Of a stretch of DNA of 39,495 nt, positions 36,563-39,495 are shown one piece after another (the stretch's first letter is position 1; every line of letters begins with the position of its first letter). Below the pieces are notes generated by a model. It ran no database searches. It was not told the origin of the DNA and worked only from the letters and a program-made list of their open reading frames with translations. Origin of the DNA: Steroidobacteraceae bacterium (GTDB lineage Bacteria; Pseudomonadota; Gammaproteobacteria; Steroidobacterales; Steroidobacteraceae); the NCBI GenBank assembly GCA_035760205.1, contig DASTTJ010000109.1:1-39495 (forward strand), written 5' to 3'. Position numbers and translations under genes: made by a program.

Positions 36563-37330
36563 ATGAGCGCAATCAGAGTCATCCAGTTCACCGACCCCCA
36601 TCTATTCGGCGACCTCGCGGGTACGCTGCGTGGAGTGAACACCTACGAAACGCTGGAACGCACGCTCAGCGATGCGTCGGGTCATATCGCCACTTGCGAT
36701 GTCATCCTGGTCACCGGCGACCTCGTGCAGGACGACGCCGGCGGCTATGAACACTTCCGTCGCCTGTTCGCGCGCTTCGGCAAGCCGGTGTTGTGTATCC
36801 CCGGCAATCACGATTTTGTCCCGCAAATGCGCGAAGCGCTCGCGGGCCGCCCGTTCGATCTCGACGGCCCCGCCGACATTGGCGCCTGGCGCATCGTGCT
36901 GCTCGATAGCGTCGTTCCCGAACAGGCCGGTGGCCGCATCTCCGTCGAAATGCTGACCAAGCTCGATGAAGAGCTCGGCCGCGCGCGCCAGCGCCACGCC
37001 ATGGTCTGCCTGCATCACCATCCCATCGCCATGCACAGTCGCTGGCTCGACAGCGTCGGCTTGTCCAACGCAGACGAGTTCTGGTCGGTCATCGACAGTC
37101 ATCCCCAGGTGCGTGCGGTGGTTTGGGGACATGTGCACCAGAATTACGAAGGCGTGCGTCGCGGCGTGCGCCTGTTCGCCACTCCGTCCACGTGCGCGCA
37201 GTTCCAGCCGCGCTCGGATCAATTCGTGATCGACAATCAGCCGCCGGCCTATCGGCTGCTCACGCTTCACTCCAACGGCGCCATCGACACTGGCGTGCAC
37301 TCCCTGACTGCCGCAGAATCCGCGGCATGA
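36563..37330 (+). CDS. cpdA: 3',5'-cyclic nucleotide phosphodiesterase (class III metallophosphoesterase)
   Basis: 255 aa from ATG 36563. IQFTDPHL, VTGDLVQDD, IPGNHD, CLHHHP, GHVH. Confidence 0.85.
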   Translation: MSAIRVIQFTDPHLFGDLAGTLRGVNTYETLERTLSDASGHIATCDVILVTGDLVQDDAGGYEHFRRLFARFGKPVLCIPGNHDFVPQMREALAGRPFDLDGPADIGAWRIVLLDSVVPEQAGGRISVEMLTKLDEELGRARQRHAMVCLHHHPIAMHSRWLDSVGLSNADEFWSVIDSHPQVRAVVWGHVHQNYEGVRRGVRLFATPSTCAQFQPRSDQFVIDNQPPAYRLLTLHSNGAIDTGVHSLTAAESAA

Positions 37331-38244
37331 TTTTCCCTCAAGCGATGACCCGAGGCCTCGCTCGCGGCCTCGCGGGTGTGCTGTTGCTCGCGTTTGGCGC
37401 GCCGGCGGCGCAGGCGCGCGGCGAAGCTTCCGTATGGTCGATGAAGGGCGAGCGCAACACCGTCTACCTGGCCGGCTCGGTACATGCGCTGCCAGAGGGC
37501 AATTCGCAGTTTCCTGAACCGCTCGACCGCGCCTACCGCGAAGCGGAAGTCATCGTGCTGGAAGTCGACCTCGAGGAAATGAATCCGCTCGACGCGGTGG
37601 AGTTCATCACCACGAACGGCACCTTGCCCGCCGACAAGACGCTGAAGGATGTGGTGGGCGAAAAGTCCTACGAACGCATCCGCGCACTCGCGACTTCGCT
37701 CGAGGTGCCCGAGATCGTCATCGCCAAGCTCGAGCCCTGGGCGGCCGCCCTGATACTCACGCAGTACGCCCTCACCAAGACCGGCTTCGACGCAAATCTC
37801 GGCATCGACATGCAGATCACCGAGCGGGCGCGCGTCGATGGCAAACCCGTCGAGGGGCTGGAAACCGTCATCGATCAGCTCAGCGTATTCGACGACCGCA
37901 GCTTCGAGGAGCAAACCCGCTTCCTGCTCGATTCCGCCGACGACGCGCCGAATCTCAAGTCAGATCTGCAGAAGCTCATCGCCGCGTGGCGCAGCGGCGA
38001 CCTGCGCGCCCTCGAGAAAGAATTCATCCACGAGCGCGCAAAGTCTCCCGAGCTCTACGACGCCTTGCTCGGCGTGCGCAATCGCAAGTGGCTTCCGAAA
38101 ATCGAAGCGTTGCTCAAGGAAGAGCGCGACTACCTCGTGGTGGTCGGCGCGCTGCATTTTGTCGGCCGCGACGGCCTGCTTGCACTCCTGAGGAGTAACG
38201 GCCACAAAGCCACGGCGCTTCCGGCCGCCAAGACGCCGCACTGA
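37327..38244 (+). CDS. TraB/GumN family protein (secreted)
   Basis: ATG 37327 overlaps the cpdA TGA (ATGA). Signal-like N-terminus. VYLAGSVHALP and YLVVVGALHFVGRDGLLALLRSNGHK are typical of TraB/GumN. Confidence 0.75.
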   Translation: MIFPQAMTRGLARGLAGVLLLAFGAPAAQARGEASVWSMKGERNTVYLAGSVHALPEGNSQFPEPLDRAYREAEVIVLEVDLEEMNPLDAVEFITTNGTLPADKTLKDVVGEKSYERIRALATSLEVPEIVIAKLEPWAAALILTQYALTKTGFDANLGIDMQITERARVDGKPVEGLETVIDQLSVFDDRSFEEQTRFLLDSADDAPNLKSDLQKLIAAWRSGDLRALEKEFIHERAKSPELYDALLGVRNRKWLPKIEALLKEERDYLVVVGALHFVGRDGLLALLRSNGHKATALPAAKTPH

Positions 38245-38254
38245 CCCGCGATCA

Positions 38255-39169
38255 GTGCGCGCTTTCGCAATCTTCATAGGACTGATTGTTCTGGGACTGG
38301 CCGGCATTGCCTTCCTGGGCTACCCGGCCTGGTTGTCGATATCGCCGTTGCTGGACAACCCCAAGTTTCACCGCGTCTCCAGCCGCGTCGGCATGCTGCT
38401 GCTGACGATCGGCTTCATTCTCGTGGTGCGCTGGCTCGGGATGGCCGACAGGAAAAGCCTGGGCTTCGGCCTGCCTTTCTGGAAGTTCGCAGGCGAAGTC
38501 GGCAAAGCCCTGGCTCTAGGGATCGTGCTGATGATGCCGGCGCTGATCACGATGCTCGTGCTCGACATGCGCGAGCTGGTGGGTGAGCCGCTGAGCATGG
38601 TGCAGTGGGTACGCCTGGCACTGGGCGCCATCATCACCGGCCTCACGGTCGCGCTCATCGAAGAAACTTTCCTGCGCGGCGCCATGCAGTTCGCCATCAC
38701 GCGCGAATCGGGCACAAGGATCGCCATCGCGCTCACGTCGCTGGTGTATGCGGCCACGCATTTCCTCGGGCGGTACCGCGTCCCGGCGGCCGAAGTCGAC
38801 GCGGGCAGCGGCATCGACATGGTCGCCTTCGCGCTGGCGGGTTTCACGCGGCCGCTCGAGTTCATCGACGCGTTTCTGTGCCTGACCGCGGTCGGCGTAT
38901 TGCTCGGCATGGCACGCGCCTACACGGGGAACATCGCAGCATCAGTCGGGTTGCACGCGGGGTGGGTCGCGGTGATCTACGTGGTGCGTGAAACCTCGCA
39001 GCGCGAAGAAGGCGGACCGCTCCGCTGGATGCTCAGCGATTTCGACGGCTTCATCGGCTGGATGGTGCTCGCCTGGACCATCATGATCGGCGTGGCGCTG
39101 TACTTCTGGGTGAATTCGGGGCACTCCCCGTTTCCCCGCGAAGCGGGCAAAAGGGGCCGCACCGTCTGA
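38255..39169 (+). CDS. CPBP-family intramembrane glutamic endopeptidase (CAAX protease/Abi)
   Basis: 304 aa with a GTG start. Multi-TM. Motifs EETFLRG, YAATHF, GLHAGWV. Confidence 0.8.
   Translation: MRAFAIFIGLIVLGLAGIAFLGYPAWLSISPLLDNPKFHRVSSRVGMLLLTIGFILVVRWLGMADRKSLGFGLPFWKFAGEVGKALALGIVLMMPALITMLVLDMRELVGEPLSMVQWVRLALGAIITGLTVALIEETFLRGAMQFAITRESGTRIAIALTSLVYAATHFLGRYRVPAAEVDAGSGIDMVAFALAGFTRPLEFIDAFLCLTAVGVLLGMARAYTGNIAASVGLHAGWVAVIYVVRETSQREEGGPLRWMLSDFDGFIGWMVLAWTIMIGVALYFWVNSGHSPFPREAGKRGRTV
39113..39133. repeat. REP-like sequence inside the 3' end of the CPBP gene (AATTCGGGGCACTCCCCGTTT)
   Basis: GGGG-CACT-CCCC core with the family flanks. Encodes part of the C-terminal tail NSGHSPFP. 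Confidence 0.45.
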
Positions 39170-39184
39170 GGTGCGGCCCCTTTT
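39149..39184 (+). terminator. rho-independent terminator overlapping the CPBP stop
   Basis: AAAAGGGGCCGCACC-GTCTGA-GGTGCGGCCCCTTTT. A perfect 15-bp pairing including the A/T flanks. Confidence 0.85.
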
Positions 39185-39190
39185 GCAAGG

Positions 39191-39211
39191 AAACGGGGAG
39201 TGTCCCCATTT
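39191..39211. repeat. REP-like palindrome copy (AAACGGGGAGTGTCCCCATTT)
   Basis: Between the convergent CPBP and Lon-N-domain gene ends. Confidence 0.65.
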
Positions 39212-39219
39212 CCGATTGC

Positions 39220-39495
39220 CTACTCGGGCACGGGCACGACGGTCAGCAGCGTATCGAGTCGTTCGATCGGATCGTCGAGCTCGAGCAACGCCTGCTTGTC
39301 GGCCAATTCGATGGGCAGCAATTCGGTGAGGCGCGCACTGACCCAGCCGGCGTCATCGAATTTCTTCTCGACGTGTTCGTAATGCTCGGCCAGGTCCTCG
39401 AGTGCGCGCCGCACGGTCGTCGCCAGGTGCCCATAACGCTCCGGCAACGCAATTTCGCTCTCGGCCGGCAGCCACGAGACTTCGCCCATGTTGAG
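39220..39495 (-). CDS. Lon N-terminal (LON substrate-binding) domain protein, C-terminal part only; N-terminus off the window
   Basis: The frame stays open to the window edge. The tail DAGWVSARLTELLPIELADKQALLELDDPIERLDTL matches my recollection of stand-alone LON-domain proteins. Confidence 0.55.
   Translation of the reverse strand, partial: LNMGEVSWLPAESEIALPERYGHLATTVRRALEDLAEHYEHVEKKFDDAGWVSARLTELLPIELADKQALLELDDPIERLDTLLTVVPVPE

Overview
A 39.5-kb chromosomal window from a high-GC (by eye about 65%) gammaproteobacterium. I saw no rRNA, tRNA, CRISPR array, transposase, integrase or phage genes. The housekeeping backbone reads: petB-petA (bc1 complex); a degS/algW-like protease; murA-ibaG; kdsD-kdsC-lptC-lptA-lptB-rpoN-hpf-rapZ; mgtE; bcp; then the minus-strand carbon-metabolism run tkt-gap-pgk-(NIPSNAP)-pyk; then cpdA. 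Four accessory modules sit between these. (1) A tight four-gene operon at 2914-8162 encodes a REC-like/TPR-like/TonB_C envelope protein, a membrane-anchored CheA-type kinase with no CheW domain, a CheY-like receiver and CheX; no MCP or CheW is present in the window. (2) A five-gene MoxR AAA+ / CoxE-type VWA operon at 20910-24991 interleaves three uncharacterised envelope proteins. (3) A penicillin/AHL-acylase-family gene is followed by blaI and a blaR1-like M56 protease whose sensor domain is replaced by TonB_C (25052-29126). (4) An Sfp-type PPTase is paired with a patatin-like lipase. Non-coding structure: a REP-like palindrome family (AAATGGGGA-NNN-TCCCCATTT) at gene 3' ends; a 216-bp element with perfect 32-bp terminal inverted repeats; and a strongly over-represented, frame-locked word TTGTTAGG (Leu-Leu-Gly). 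There are also candidate operators upstream of blaI and cpdA. All functional calls come from reading motifs in the translations. No database search was run.
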